NCBI RefSeq assembly: GCF_006345805.1 | Contig: NC_042999.1 | Location: forward strand, 15,004,001 to 15,068,000 | Reading direction: 5' to 3' | DNA from: Octopus sinensis | Taxonomy: Eukaryota | DNA length: 64,000 nt | Shown here: positions 11,479 to 24,158 of the stretch, in pieces | Position numbering within the stretch: position 1 is the first letter of the stretch | Layout: every line of letters begins with the position of its first letter | Program-made: the position numbers and the translations under genes | Notes under the pieces: model-generated | Told to the model about the DNA's origin: nothing | What the model saw: only the letters and a program-made list of their open reading frames with translations | Databases searched by the model: none

Positions 11479-12615
11479 CAGACATGACAGAAGTAAATAC
11501 ACACCCTTATACCCGTTAAAATTAATTTAAATCTGAAATCATACATTCAAATTATTAATTAATTATTATAATGTGAATATCTAATATTTAGCAGACATGC
11601 CCTTCCTTTACATTTTTCAGTGCAAGGATCCTATTTGGAACGTTACTGATCAGATGACGAATATTCCCCTGAGGAGTTTCTTGCCAAGTTCCATGCAGTA
11701 ATCTCAAAAGATCTGGCTTTGAGTATGATTTGTTGCTCTTTTTATGAATTGTTCCATTCATTATGACGCAGAGGTGTCCAATAGGTTTCATATCTGGTGA
11801 CTGGCTTGGCTACGGAAGCTTTTTTAATGCCATTCTCTTCCAGTCAACCTTGGATCTTTCATAAATAAAGAGTCTTCTTTAAAATCATTTCACCACTTGA
11901 AAAGATCGGAAGGAGTCCTTTCTGCAATATGGACACATATTTATCTGAGGTTTATGCTTCCCTCACACTTCACCAGCTCTGATCGACCATTGCTCCTCAG
12001 ACTGTATTCCATTGTTGGTTGCAATCTTTTCACGTCAAATTCTTGATCACACTCGACCACTGTCAGAAAATACAGCAAATTTGGACTCATTAGAGAATAT
12101 GAGAGTGGCCTCTCCACCATCTCACTGGCCAGATCTTTTCTCTATTTGATATTGGCTGGTCGAAGAAGTGGCTTCCTTCTTGCTGCTCTGTCATAGTAGC
12201 CAAGCTTGTGGAGATACTGGACAGCTGTTCGGGTATTGCTATGTCAGAAGCCCTGCAACGAGGATTATCCTCCACACTTCACTTAACAAAGAGAAGGGTC
12301 CTGGTCGAGGTAATGTGAACTCCTTGCCCTCCCTGGTGAATTGCACAATCACTCTACTAACTGTAGAAAGTGGGATCCCAAGGTTTTCTGCGATTTTACT
12401 CTGACTAGGTGCACCTTCAGATTGACTCACAATACGACCTCTTTGACATTCGGACAGTCCCAAGCCGTCTTTTGTATGTGGCATGATTAAACAGTCACAT
12501 ATAGAAGCTAAAATATAAACATATCAAGTAATAAAAGATACAAACTTTTTCAAGTTAAAACAAACATAAGATGATGTTTTATGGGGAGTCTATTTACTTT
12601 TGTCATGTCTGAGTG
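11479..12615 (-). mobile_element. Tc1/mariner fossil with decayed transposase
   Basis: TIRs cagacatgacagaagtaaatac / tatttacttttgtcatgtctg with TA flanks. Minus-strand HTH ([10 protein letters not shown]...[16 protein letters not shown]), IFSNESKF (DDE first motif, D>N) and PSQSPDMKPIGHL (WPSQSPDLNPIEHLW-like). Confidence 0.9.
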
Positions 12616-12618
12616 TAT

Positions 12619-13010
12619 TCTTTTCAATTCTAGGCAAAAGGCCCGAAATTTGGGGGGGGGGGGAAGAGTCAATTAGATCGACCCCAATACACAACTGATA
12701 CTTAATTTATCGACCCCGAAAAGATGAAAGGCAAAATCGACCTTGGCGGAATTTAAACTCAGAACGTAAAGACAGACGAAATATCTATTTTTTTACTACC
12801 CACGAGGGGCTAAACACAGAGAAGACAAACAAGGACAGACAAACGGATTAAGTCGATTATATCGACCCCAGTGCGTAACTGGTACTTATTTAATCGACCC
12901 CGAAAGGATGAAAGGCAAAGTGGATCTCGGCGGAATTTGAACTCAGAACGTAGCTGCAGACGAAATACAGTTAAGCATTTCGCCCGGTGTGCTAACGTTT
13001 CTGCCAGCTC
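12619..13010 (-). mobile_element. SINE-B dimer with both tail variants
   Basis: ttctaggcaaaaggcccgaaattt tail and ctacccacgaggggctaaacacaga tail in one chain. Confidence 0.8.
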
Positions 13011-13884
13011 TGGGGGGAAGAGGTGGTTCACGTTAGCCTGGCCTCTATCCTTTGGTCGGTCCGAGGCTATAGTAGAAGGCACTTGTCCAAAGTACTTTGC
13101 AATGGAACTGAACCCTGAACCAAATGGTTTGGGAAGTAGACTTCTTACTGCACAGCCACGCCTGCACTTATATGGACAATGTCATCACACAGCAATGTTG
13201 TAAAGTTTGCAATCTTTTCTGGGGACAAAGCATAAACTGAAATAGCTTCAATGGATTATTGAAACAGACTCGTGAACATGATTCATCTGGGGTTTAACAC
13301 AACACTGGCTGTCTTTTAAAATCTTTCCTGCGACTGCAGTACCCTTTCTTTCTTTCCTTCCTTTCTTTCTTTCTTTCCTTCCTTTCTTTCTTTCACCAAG
13401 AATCAAAACAAGCTCGCGAGATGCGAATCGTGCCGTTTACCACTTGCAACAGAATGCTTAAGAAAATACGTTAACAATTGTGACCGCTGTGAATGATGCC
13501 GCTATGCAGTCACACAAGCGGCTAGAAATAACAGTTAAATCTTGCTAAAACCACGTCCTACCATCTTAAATAAAAAAAAAAAACTACATTGCACAAAGTA
13601 GTCCGATAAATATATGTATACATATACATATCTTACATGTGCGCGTGTTTTTATTTTTTAATTTTTCTTTACTTTAATGAAAATTCTTCTTGAGTGAGTT
13701 GAAGTCGGTTGCTAACAAAGCAACAAGATTTTTTTGACTCAAGCAAGTTAGTAAATCTGTGGTTGAGTTGGTGTGTTGGTTGAATTATCGATGCCTACAC
13801 CCAAGTGTGTGCGTCTATTCACCTAAGAATCTCACATGGAGAATTTCTGGAATATCCATGTCTGTCTGTGTGTTTGTTTCTTTT

Positions 13885-14715
13885 TATTTGTTTGTTTCAG
13901 TCACCGGATTGAGGTTTTTTTTTTTAAAGCCTGGTACTTATTCTATAGATTTCTTTTTGCTGAACCGATAAGTTACGAAGGCGCAAACAAACCAACACTG
14001 GTTGTGAAGCAATAATGACACACAGACAGATAGATATATAGATATGTTTCTTTATTAGCCACACAGGGCTGAACACTGAGGGGACAAATAACAAAGTAGA
14101 GCTTTTCTTTTGAGGGAGAAAAGAAAAGAAGAAAAAAGGTGGGGGTAGGTTTTCGATCAAAAGGAATCGCAAAGAAAAAAAACGATCAATAGGGATTGTG
14201 TATAACAGAAATGTCATGATGTAAAGTGTAAAGGGGGAGACAGATAAGGTTTATTCGTGGAATGAAAAGCCTACGGAAAAACCACGCTAACCTCGGTCAA
14301 TAAAGTCACACGTTAACACATTTATTTGCAAGTAAGTAACTCTCTGTTTTAAATTTTTCCAGGTTCATAGAATTATGCTCAAGGTGGCTTCGTCATTTAT
14401 ATGTGCCATCCTTGCTACCTTCACCCATCTTTTTTTGAAACATTCACTAGACAAAACTTGCCTGTCTACTCTCACTTTCCTTTTCAAGAGATACTTGAAG
14501 AAGTTGATGAGAGATTGACCAGAGAGGAAAGAGTTTGTCTCTAATCCTTTCAGACGTGTCCACCAGATACATTCTTTCGCCATAGCCACATGTATGATGA
14601 AAATAGCTCTTCCTTCCCGTTTGAAGGAAGGAGGCGTGACGATATTGACGATAGACTCGGCTGATAAACCAACTCGTCCCACACGTAACAGCAGTCGAAA
14701 TAGACATATATATAT

Positions 14716-14776
<61 letters not shown>

Positions 14777-14925
14777 TGCTTTAAGTTTCCGTTTAAAAAT
14801 GCCATTAACAAGGCATTTGTCGGCCCGGACTATTGCTGAAAACATTGCTCAAGACCGCGCAGTGGGACTGAACCCGAGACCATGTGACTGCAATGCGAGA
14901 TTCTTAACCACACAACTATGCCAGA
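13885..14925 (-). mobile_element. SINE-A split by the L1/Tx1-like insertion at its internal microsatellite
   Basis: 3' half at 13885-14040; (ATAG)n plus 5' half at 14711-14925. Confidence 0.75.
14046..14710 (-). mobile_element. L1/Tx1-like LINE 3' fragment (ORF2 C-terminus plus ~320-bp 3' UTR)
   Basis: ORF 14365-14710: LSAESIV..PPSFKREGRAIFIIHVAMAKECIWWTRLKGL...LINFFKYLLKRKVRVDRQVLSSECFKKRWVKVAR*, resembling the AKE.IW..R...FF...+.R.E...F..RW end of L1/Tx1 ORF2. The UTR ends cagccctgtgtggctaataaagaaa. Confidence 0.65.
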
Positions 14926-15669
14926 CCAGGGCTACTTTTCGTTTGAATACGACTTCCGTGTGGAAATCCTTTATTTAGATGCACCTGATAGTCATATGTT
15001 TCAGTACGGATAAGGAAAACGAAATTTCTACCTTAATCATCAACCACTGTAAACCGCCCTTTAAATAGCACTTCATACGTTTAATACACTATAATTTAGC
15101 CTACTGACTAGTGTTTCACTTCTGTCTAATAATACATATATATACGACCATTGTCTTCCCCTCCTTATAAATTTGCAATCTTTCATAAGGTGACGAATTG
15201 GTTGAGACGTTAGAGTATTGGATTTATCTCTTTGCAGGTTTTTGTTCCGGATTTCGGCATTTTGAGTTCAAATGCTGCAGAAGTCAACTCTTTGGGTTTT
15301 TTTAATATTAATATTATCCGGATCGTTAAGATAAAGTACCAATCCTGACAGAGGATCAATAAAATTGTTAGAGCATCAGTTAGTATGTTTTGTGACATTT
15401 GTGCCGGATTTCTGCGTTTTGAGTTCAAATCCGGCCGAGTCAACCTTGTTTTGTTTTTTAATATCTTCCAAGGCGATATGGTAAAGTACACATCCTGGTA
15501 GTGGATTAACGAATTGTTTTTATCTCTTGGTCAGAGGAGAAGGGCAGAGCTCCCAACTGACCACTTATCCAGGAAGTTAGGAGGAAGGGTGAAATTATCT
15601 TTAGGCCGAACTCCTGACCCGAATATTTGAATGGATAGCAGACTTGTCGAATGAAAGGTCACCTATGTC

Positions 15670-15760
15670 CGGTATGGCCATATCACATAGAAAACATTAC
15701 TGGTCCCATCACCGAAGGTAGACAACATCGTGCCAAGTCAGCACTTAGATGGGTGACCGA
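15670..15760 (+). pseudogene. Decayed, 3'-truncated 5S rRNA-derived sequence
   Basis: ggccatatcacatagaaaaca...catcaccgaagg...caacatcg...agcacttagatgggtgaccg aligns with 5S and with 36132-36249. Confidence 0.65.
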
Positions 15761-16513
15761 TTCGCTCCGATGGACAAACATAGTAGCCGGGGGGCGGGGG
15801 AGGCGGTCTGACCGAGATGATGTTTTTATGGGAGCAGAACTTTTGTAGCCTGCTGTATAAACCTGTATAAATAGTATTGGTCCTGGGGAAGGGGAGGGGA
15901 AAAGTCAAGGACTACACCGGGCCGCACATACTTTAGCTACGCCACTGCCTTTGTTGACCCCTGGTACAAAATGGAAGAGACGCAGAGGATTGAACGTGTG
16001 AATAATGTTTAAGCATTTTACTATAAAACAGCAACTAAGTCAGTTTGCTTAATCGTACAAGTCACCACGATCGAAAGATGTTATTAAAATCTACTGAAAA
16101 ACAATAATTAAATCATTTTAATTGACTTAAGCATTTTGTTTTACAAAATAAATTAAAAGAAACAATAAAAATGGTAATTAAGTCATTGTAATAAATCTTA
16201 GTAGAACCACAGTCAATGTCCTCGTTAACATGCTATTTAACCGTCGTAAAAAAGTGAAAGTGTATTCTCCTAAAAAATGAAAGTAAATTGCGATATTTAC
16301 CGCAAGTGACATCCCATAATTTCATGTAAACAATGTGTGTAAAATAACCAATATATAAACGTACATTTATTTAATACAACATGAAAACCGTACGCACATT
16401 TTACATAAGACGTAAACTATCACCTTCACTGGAAGACGTAACAGCCATTGATGCAGGGAAAGAGATTCGTGAATTGTTTTCCCACGATCTCTAAATTTCT
16501 TTCCCCACACATA

Positions 16514-17025
16514 CCGTAAATCCTCGAGTATAGTCCGACCTTGAGTATAATACGCAGAGGATTTTTAGGGGGCTGTATTTCTGAAAAACTTAAACCTTGC
16601 GTATAATATGCACCCCTTCTCTAACTTGAGTCAAGGAGGTCTATATAACGTCCTTGGTTTGTAAAAATGTATATGGTAACGTCCTTTATTATTATTGCAT
16701 ATATAACATAATGCAAACGTGTAGGTTTTTTGTGAATTTTGTTTGCAGAAAATAAAGAAATAACAGTAATAACGTTTAATAAATGTTGCTTACTGCAAGT
16801 TATGGATGATTCTTTTATGACTTCATTGCTTTCAGGCTTAGCTTAAAGTATTTTCGCACCCGACATCACAAAATGCATCTGAATAGACATTTCCGGACAG
16901 CAAATAGAGACTCGGACATTGCTTAGAAAATAATTTTCATTTTTAACCTCGTATATAGTACGCACAAGGGATTTTGACCTTTAAATTTTGGGAAAAAAAT
17001 GTGGATTATACTCGAGGATTTACGG
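16514..17025. mobile_element. Tc1/mariner-superfamily (pogo/Tigger-type) MITE, 512 bp
   Basis: TIRs ccgtaaatcctcgagtatagtcc / ggattatactcgaggatttacgg; TA on both sides. Confidence 0.85.
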
Positions 17026-18558
17026 TACTCTTGAAGATGGGATGTAAACAAATCATCGCTAGTTCCGCATTGTCGACACCTAAATTTCTTTTTGACGAGA
17101 ATCCACCACCTTACTATAGCCTGTGTATAGATGCTGTCGTTGTTTGGATCAACAAAACTGAGAGATTTATTGGCAACTTCATGAGCTTAGGAAATGCCAA
17201 GGCTCAAATAGAAAGCGAACCCATCGGATATCAAACGTGTTTTATGAAATTTTGGTATGGCACAGCAGTCATTTCTGGTTTCTGTTGCAATTTAATATCA
17301 TTTTCTTTTTAGGACAATTTATTTTCAATTTTTAACGACGCAACTTGTTGACATAACAGGGTTTTTTTGTTTGTATTTCTGCTGTGTTTATGCACAGAAC
17401 TTTGCTTGCGTGCACATTTTCTCTTTCTTTGCAAAATATGAGAGCATCTCTGCGAGAACGATCCCTCAAATTTTCTTCAATGGAAAAAAAATTCAATTTC
17501 ATCTTGAAAATAGTGTGTGCGTATATTTCCTCACTCCCCGTCCTTTCCTAGTTGTAAAATATGTGCGCGCAGAACTGCACAGCTTTGAGGGAATACAGAT
17601 TACATGTGTCAATGCTTGTAATTAAATGTATTGCGTATCGGCTTCTAAGACGCTTCTATTCTCTGCGTCACTTCTATTTTGTACCGAAGGTCAAACCTGA
17701 CAAAGTGGACCTTTCATTGCATACAAGTACAAAATGGACTTAGTTAAACTAGGTGAGGGATCGTTGCCGCCTTATAATGGAACAAAATCTGGTAAATCTA
17801 CAGAAGTGTATCTGCCCAACCACTAAGTCTTTGTTTCTCGTAACTTTCAGACAAATGAATATCTTTCAATGAAATACTTTTCAGATTACGAAATTTAAGT
17901 TGCAGAAAAAATAAAAATGGAAAAAGGAAAATAGCGGGTGCGCACATATACATACTGACGAACATCATATTCAAACTTGAAATTTTACTAAAAAAAAATA
18001 TTTGTTGTGTGTCGGTATGTATGTGTGCGCATCCACCATTCTTTTACCCACATTAAATACTGATAAAATTGTCATCAGCACACTCTGAAAGGCAATTGTA
18101 GGAAAAAATTCATTAAAAAAACACTCTGTTTTCTGAAAGTTATGAGGAAACACAATCGACTCGCGTGAATTATCCGAAAATCCTCTCCTCAGCCCCTCCG
18201 AAAAGTTTTTTGTTTCTCATTGAATTCCGATATAATAGTAATTTACATTACATGAAAGGGATTTGTAAAACAAAAATTCATTAAAAAAATATCCTTTTTT
18301 TCTGAAAGTTAGGAGGAAACAAAGTTGGGAGATCACACTTTGGGAAGTATGCCTCTCTCGAAGTTTTTAGTTCAAATCCCGGTAGGGCCAAATTCTTAGT
18401 TCAGATCTTATAGTTCAAATCCCGGTAGGGCCAAATTTGTCTATCTTCCGGGAATCGATTTAATAACAACAGTCAAGTACTGGAGGTAAATATTCATCCT
18501 CCAAATATGAAGCCTCGTCTGTACGTGAGAAAAGAATATTGTTTTCCGAGACACTGAT

Positions 18559-19060
18559 ATGTCGTGTTCAGCCGTGATTTGTGGATATGACCGCGATGGT
18601 GTTGCTGCGGTGAATGGTTAGCGACCCTTGCTGCGGCCGCTGTCAGTTTGTGTCGGTCGCCATCGAGACTTCAAGTGTTCTCGTAACCCGCACTACCGAT
18701 TTCTTCCACAAAACCAGGCCGTCCAAGAATTTGGACCTGGAGATTTCCATTTCCAGCGACTTCGAGGGCCACCTCCCAGTGGTGTCGGGCGTCAACAAAG
18801 AGCCCTCGACTATAACAAGACAACCAAAGCTTTTTTTTTCCTCAAGGTCTGGGGTCTCCCGCTCCTAAGCCCTAGACCATCACCTAATCACCTTTATCTG
18901 TCTTGCTGCTTAACAACAACAACACAAAACCAGGATAACTACGGCCTATTTGAGAAATGAGCCCCGCGAGATGGGACGGCTGCCGCAGCGAAGGTCGCTA
19001 GCTATTCACCGCAGCAACGCTACCACAGTCATATCTACAAAGTACGGCTGAACACGACAT
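18559..19060. mobile_element. ~500-bp element with ~85-bp terminal inverted repeats, unclassified
   Basis: atgtcgtgttcagccgt...gttgctgcggtgaat..tagcgacc vs ggtcgcta..attcaccgcagcaac...acggctgaacacgacat. Confidence 0.75.
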
Positions 19061-19551
19061 TTGTTCAGGGCTGTACTTCCACCCCGCTATCTTCACCTGA
19101 CTAATCCCTCTTTTTTCTTCTTTTCTTTACTTCGTTGTAATTAAATTGTGATTCAATCTTTATGCAAATAAAACTAATTTCGTCATTTTGAGACTTTAAC
19201 CCAAACGCATTTCAAGGTCAAAGGGATTGCTTTCACATTGAAGCATATTTCGAGAACAATACCAGCCGAGATGAAACACAGCTGAAACAGTAACCTTGTG
19301 TCTCCTCACTCGTCGCTAACCCATTACTTTTCAGAAGCAAACTTGTAGGTCATGTCATATCACGTTCACCTCGAAAAAAAATGTTTATATTCAGCAAAAA
19401 GAAAAATAATGCGAGCAACATACTGTGTTAGGAGCAATTTACTACGGACAAAGTGTAATATAGTATCAGCACGCTACGATCTGAGTTCAAACCACGTCGA
19501 AGTTGGATTCTCTCTCTCTCTCTCTCTCTCTATCTATTTATCCATCTAACA

Positions 19552-19819
19552 CTGTGATACACGATCCCTATTGATCGTTGTTTTTTTGTGTGTTTTTTCC
19601 CTCTTCCTCTTTTTCCCCCTTTTTTTCATTTCTCTTTTCTTTTGTTCCTTTTCTTTTTTTTATTTTTTGTTCTTTTTTTTTCCCTTTTACGATCCCTTTG
19701 GATCGAAAACCTACGCCACCTTTTTTTTGTTTTTTGTTTTTTTTTTCATCCCCCAAAAGAAAAGCTCTACCTTGTAACTTGTCCCATCTGCGTGCAGCCC
19801 TGTGTGACCAATAAAGAAA
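19552..19819 (+). mobile_element. Solo 3' UTR of the same L1/Tx1-like family as 14046-14710
   Basis: ctgtgatacacgatccctattgatcg...gatcgaaaacctac...aaaagaaaagctctac...cagccctgtgtgaccaataaagaaa matches the reverse complement of 14046-14205. Confidence 0.8.
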
Positions 19820-19920
19820 CTTATCTATTTTTCTCTTCGAGTTTACAATTGAATTTCAAGGCGTTGCAAGCAAGGAAATGATGTTAGCGATGATTGTACA
19901 TTTCTTAAATTAAGTGGAAG

Positions 19921-20640
19921 CGGGTGGCTAAGTGACTAGGGGGTATTCGACTCAGGTCGTGAGTTCGATTCCCGGCGGACACTTTATTTCACGTTGCTCC
20001 AGTCCACTCAACTGGCAAAAATGAGTAATACCTGCATTTCAAAGGGCCAGCCTTGTCTCATTCTGTGTCACGCTGAATCTTCCTGAGAACTACATTAAGA
20101 GTATGCGTGTCTGTGTAGTGCTTAGAGCAACTTGCACTTAATTTCTATTTCTTTACTACCCACAAGGGGCTAAACACAGAGGGGACGAACAAGGACAGAC
20201 AAACGGATTAAGTCGATTATATGGACCCCAGTGCGTAACTGGTACTTATTTAATCGACCCGAAAAGGATGAAAGGCAAAGTCGACCTCAGCGGAATTTGA
20301 ACTCAGAACGTAGCGGCAGACGAAATACCTATTTCTTTATTGCCCACGAGGGGCTAAACGTAGAGGGGACAAACAAGGACAGACATAGGTATTAAGTCGA
20401 TTACATCGACTCCAGTGCGTAACTGGTATTTAAGTTATCGACCCTGAAAGGATGAAAGGCAAAGTCGACCTCGGCGGAATTTGAACTCAGAACGTAACGG
20501 CAGGCGAAATACCGCTAAGCATTTCGCCCGGCGTGCTAACTATTCTGCCAGCTCGCCGCTCTATTGCACCTTAATCTCACGATCTGGCTATTTCGCTGAT
20601 GGGATCAACAGGAACCCTTGACGTCATAACCGACGGAGCG
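19921..20640 (+). mobile_element. tRNA/CORE-like SINE with the SINE-D 3' module, interrupted by a SINE-B multimer (20144-20545, minus)
   Basis: Head ...gagttcgattcccgg, central ttgctccagtccactcaactggcaaaaatgagta, 3' module as at 11270-11440; ttgcacttaattt / ttgcaccttaatct flank the SINE-B insert (TSD-like). Confidence 0.7.
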
Positions 20641-20944
20641 CTAGTTGCTTAGACTGAAATGAGGTAACCCCCAAGAGGATTCGCCTGCGCGTTGCTATAA
20701 TGAAATGACCAGGAGTAAAGCAGCGATGCAGAAGAATGAAATGAAGATACTGAAAAAGAAGGAACATTTCCTTCGTTGTCTTTGTTTCGTTTCCAAACGA
20801 CGACAATAACAACTCACTCCAAACACAAACGAAAGGATATCAGCAAAGTGAATAAAAGGATTAAAAACTAATAGGCACAGGCGTGGCTGTATAGTTGAGG
20901 AGTTTGCTTTCCGACCATGCGATCTTGGGGTTCAGTCCCACAGC

Positions 20945-21180
20945 GCGGCGGCGAGCTGGCAGAAACGTTAGCACGCCGGGCGAAATGCGTAGCCGTATTT
21001 CGTTTGCCGTTACTTTCTGAGTTCAAATTCCGCCGAGGTCGACTTTGCCTTTCATCCTTTCGGGGTCGATTAAATAAGTACCAGTTACGCACTGGGGTCG
21101 ATGTAATCGACTTAATCCATGTGTCTGTCCTTGTTCGTCCCCTCTGTGTTTGGCCCCTTGTGGGTAGTAAAGAAATAGGT
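20945..21180 (+). mobile_element. SINE-B, near full length
   Basis: ggcggcgagctggcagaaacgttagc...gagttcaaattccgccgagg...ccccttgtgggtagtaaagaaata. Confidence 0.9.
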
Positions 21181-21364
21181 AATTGGGCATGTGTCTTCTA
21201 CTATAATTCCGAGTCTAACATACCCTTTTCAGTGCATTTGGTGAACGGAAACTGAACATAGATAAAGTTCTGACAGGGTAGAAAGATGGGGTATTCCCAT
21301 CGTACAATTTTATCTTTATTTAATTTTTGTTTCTTCCCGTCATCAACGTCGCCAGATAGGCTTG

Positions 21365-21902
21365 TGCAGGATAGAGGACACCGTGATGGTGTCAAGCCTA
21401 TCTGGCGACGTTGATGTTCGCCTGGGGCTAAATGCAACAGTAACACCCCCACCACCCTGCCCTGTCCCTAGCCATATTCAGATGGCTTTAGTCCCTTATG
21501 TTATGGAGAGTTACTGTCTATATCTCATTTAGAGAATTATTATTGCTGTCGAACAGATTTTCAAAATCAGCAATGTATTTGCTTGAAAGTCTATATATAA
21601 ATATCTGCAGAGTGAGTTTTCGTCGAGGAAGCGGTGCCTACCACACGTTGATATAGGCAAACACCTTGAAACATAGGTCCGTGTGTGGTTTCCGCTTCAT
21701 CGGGGAATTATCTCCCTTTGCAGGATAGAGGACACCGTGATGGTGTCAAGCCTATCTGGCGACGTTGATGTTCGCCTGGGGCTAAATGCAACAGTAACAC
21801 CCCCACCACCCTGCCCTGTCCCTAGCCATATTCAGATGGCTTTAGTCCCTTATGTTATGGAGCAGTTACTGTCTATATCTCATTTAGAGAATTATTATTG
21901 CT
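21365..21902 (+). repeat. Direct duplication of a ~183-bp segment (21365-21547 and 21719-21902)
   Basis: Near-identical caggatagaggacaccgtgatgg...gagaattattattgct. Confidence 0.9.
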
Positions 21903-22270
21903 ATATATATACATGTCACATATATGTATATATACACATATATGTATATATTTATGTGTATATAACTACGTGTACACACACACACACAACGCAGACTTTA
22001 TATATTTGTCAGTATGTGTGTATGTATAAAACAGAACAACTAGCGAGGGATTATTAATCCGGGCAAAATGCTTCATAAGCTCTCTGTTGGCACATCAGGC
22101 TAACAATATTACTTGGATTAGTAAAGAACTCCAGGTAATCTTGTGGTAGGGTACAAAGTTATGGTCCATCACAATTCTGTATTGTAAATCCACGGATGGG
22201 TTTCAAATAAACTGGTTTTTACAGAGTGATATATAAGAGACACGTTAAAATGATGGTCATTACATGTGAT

Positions 22271-22455
22271 CCCTTTATTGGAACAAATTTGGTTTCCAGC
22301 TGTTTCCAGTACTCGTTGTAGGTACATTCCTGATAGTTTTATTCAATTGATCCTCAATTGATCAATAGACCAATTGAGTAAACCTATCAGCAATATACCT
22401 ATAATTACTACTCGAAACAGCTGTAAGCCAAATTTAAATTTTCCCCAATAAAGGA
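22271..22455. repeat. Fold-back inverted repeat of a hammerhead 3' half (GAAAC-AGCT-GTA)
   Basis: aaatttggtttccagctgtttccagt... is inverted to ...actcGAAACagctGTAagccaaattt; no CTGANGA is present. Confidence 0.7.
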
Positions 22456-22560
22456 AAAATATGTATTTCTTTTACACATTTCAGTCTGTTATTTTGAACT
22501 TGATTCTGATATCTCACACTCTGCGTGGATGTGTGTGTGTGTGTGTGTGTGTACATACAT

Positions 22561-22952
22561 ATAGGCGCAAGAATGGCTGTGTGGTAAGAAGCTTGCTTAC
22601 CAACCACATGGTTCCGGGTTCAGTCCCACTGCGTGACAACTTGGGCCAGTGTCTTCTACTATAGCTTCGGGCCAACCAAGACTTGTGAGTGGATTGGATA
22701 GACGGAAACTGAAAGAAGCCCGTCGTATATATATGTATATATATTTATACATGTGTGTGTGTCTGTGTTTCCCCCCCCTACCATCGCTTGGCAACCGATG
22801 CTGGTGTGTTTACGTCTCCGTAACTTAGCGGTTTGGCAAAAGAGACCGATAGAATAAGTACTAGGCTTACAAAGAATAAGTCCTGGGGGCGATCTGTTCG
22901 ACTAAAGGTGATGCTCCAACATGGGCGCAGTCAAATGACTGAAACAAATAAA
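22561..22952 (+). mobile_element. SINE-A
   Basis: Full-length consensus match. Confidence 0.9.
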
Positions 22953-23807
22953 AGAATATATATTCATATGGACATAGGTACGAACGTGTATATGTGTGTG
23001 CGTGCTTGTGTATGCGCGCGCGCGCGTGTGTGTGCGTGTGCGCGCGTGTCATTCTGAAGTCGACTCACTAAGAAGTATTACCATCGCTTGCTAATGAGCA
23101 ACGAATCTGTCCTTTGTAGCCCACTCGATGATCTGCAAACTTCTAATACGACTTCTCACATGAATGTCCCATTTTAGTTCAATGCTTAAAACCATGACAA
23201 TTAGCACTGTGCACAGACATGTATGTATCTTTTCAGGCCACCAGTAAAAAGACAACTCATTACGTGATTGGCAGATACATATATATATATATATTCCTTT
23301 AAATGATAAAGATTTATGATTAGTTTGTTTTGTTTCGTCTATCCTTCAGTTGCTAAATAAGACCAACCTTAGACAGCCTAGCTTAACAAATTGAAGATTT
23401 GAACGAATTCATGATAGCAATAATGTTGCCTTTTCTCGCATCTTGTCTTCCTTATGGTCATTTGATGCAATGCTTTTCAAAATGGATCTTTTTGCTTTTA
23501 TTTTTTACTTGTTGCAGTCATTTGACAGCGGAGATGCCGGGGCACCGCCCTGAAGAGCTTTTAGTCGAATGAATTGACCCCCAGGACATTTTTTTAAAGC
23601 CTAGTACTTATTTTATCGATCTCTTTGGCCGAATCGCTAAGTTACGGGGACGTAATCACACTGGTTGTCAAACATAGACACAAAGACACACAGATATATA
23701 TACATAATATAAATAATATATAAATATATGCATATATACATACATATATATGTATATATACATGCATACACATACACACACACACAAATTCCTTTCGGGA
23801 ATAAATG

Positions 23808-24010
23808 CAGTAATCCCTCGACGTTACGTTCCAAAATGCCCGCGATTGGTGAAAATCCGCGAAGTAGAAACAGTACTGTGCTGTTTATATTATTATTATC
23901 ATCATTTTTATAATTTGTATATATTTATTTTATTATAAATACAAAACAACCTCGCGGAGCTTAAATAATAAAGCGCGATAGGTGAACCGCAATATGGCGA
24001 GGGATTACTG
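23808..24010. mobile_element. Tigger-type MITE, ~203 bp
   Basis: TIRs cagtaatccctcg / cgagggattactg; TA on the right, TG on the left. Confidence 0.75.
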
Positions 24011-24084
24011 TATATCACATACAACTAAAATGAATAACATGTAAATATTGGGTTAGAAAACCCATTTTGGAGAGAAAGAGTCGA

Positions 24085-24158
24085 AGACTGCGCGTGATAT
24101 TCGAACCCACATTTCCTGTAAACAAGGCAGGCATTCGACCATTGGACTAAAACAGTCC
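24085..24158 (-). pseudogene. tRNA-like sequence (pseudogene or SINE head); a related copy is at about 26905-26968 (+)
   Basis: Minus: ggactgttttagtccaatggtcgaatgcctgccttgtttacaggaaatgtgggttcgaat...cagtc; A and B boxes present, irregular anticodon arm. Confidence 0.45.

Noticed and set aside
15909-15947. hAT-like terminus (CAGTGGCGTAGCTA on the minus strand); also a hAT-like start at about 5590-5640
   Set aside because: No partner TIR or TSD was found.
16974-17312. 112-aa ORF
   Set aside because: It starts inside a MITE, has no recognisable domain and has no splice context.
17955-18080. CTGACGA (17955) and minus-strand CTGATGA (about 18072)
   Set aside because: There is no paired stem II or properly placed GAAA.
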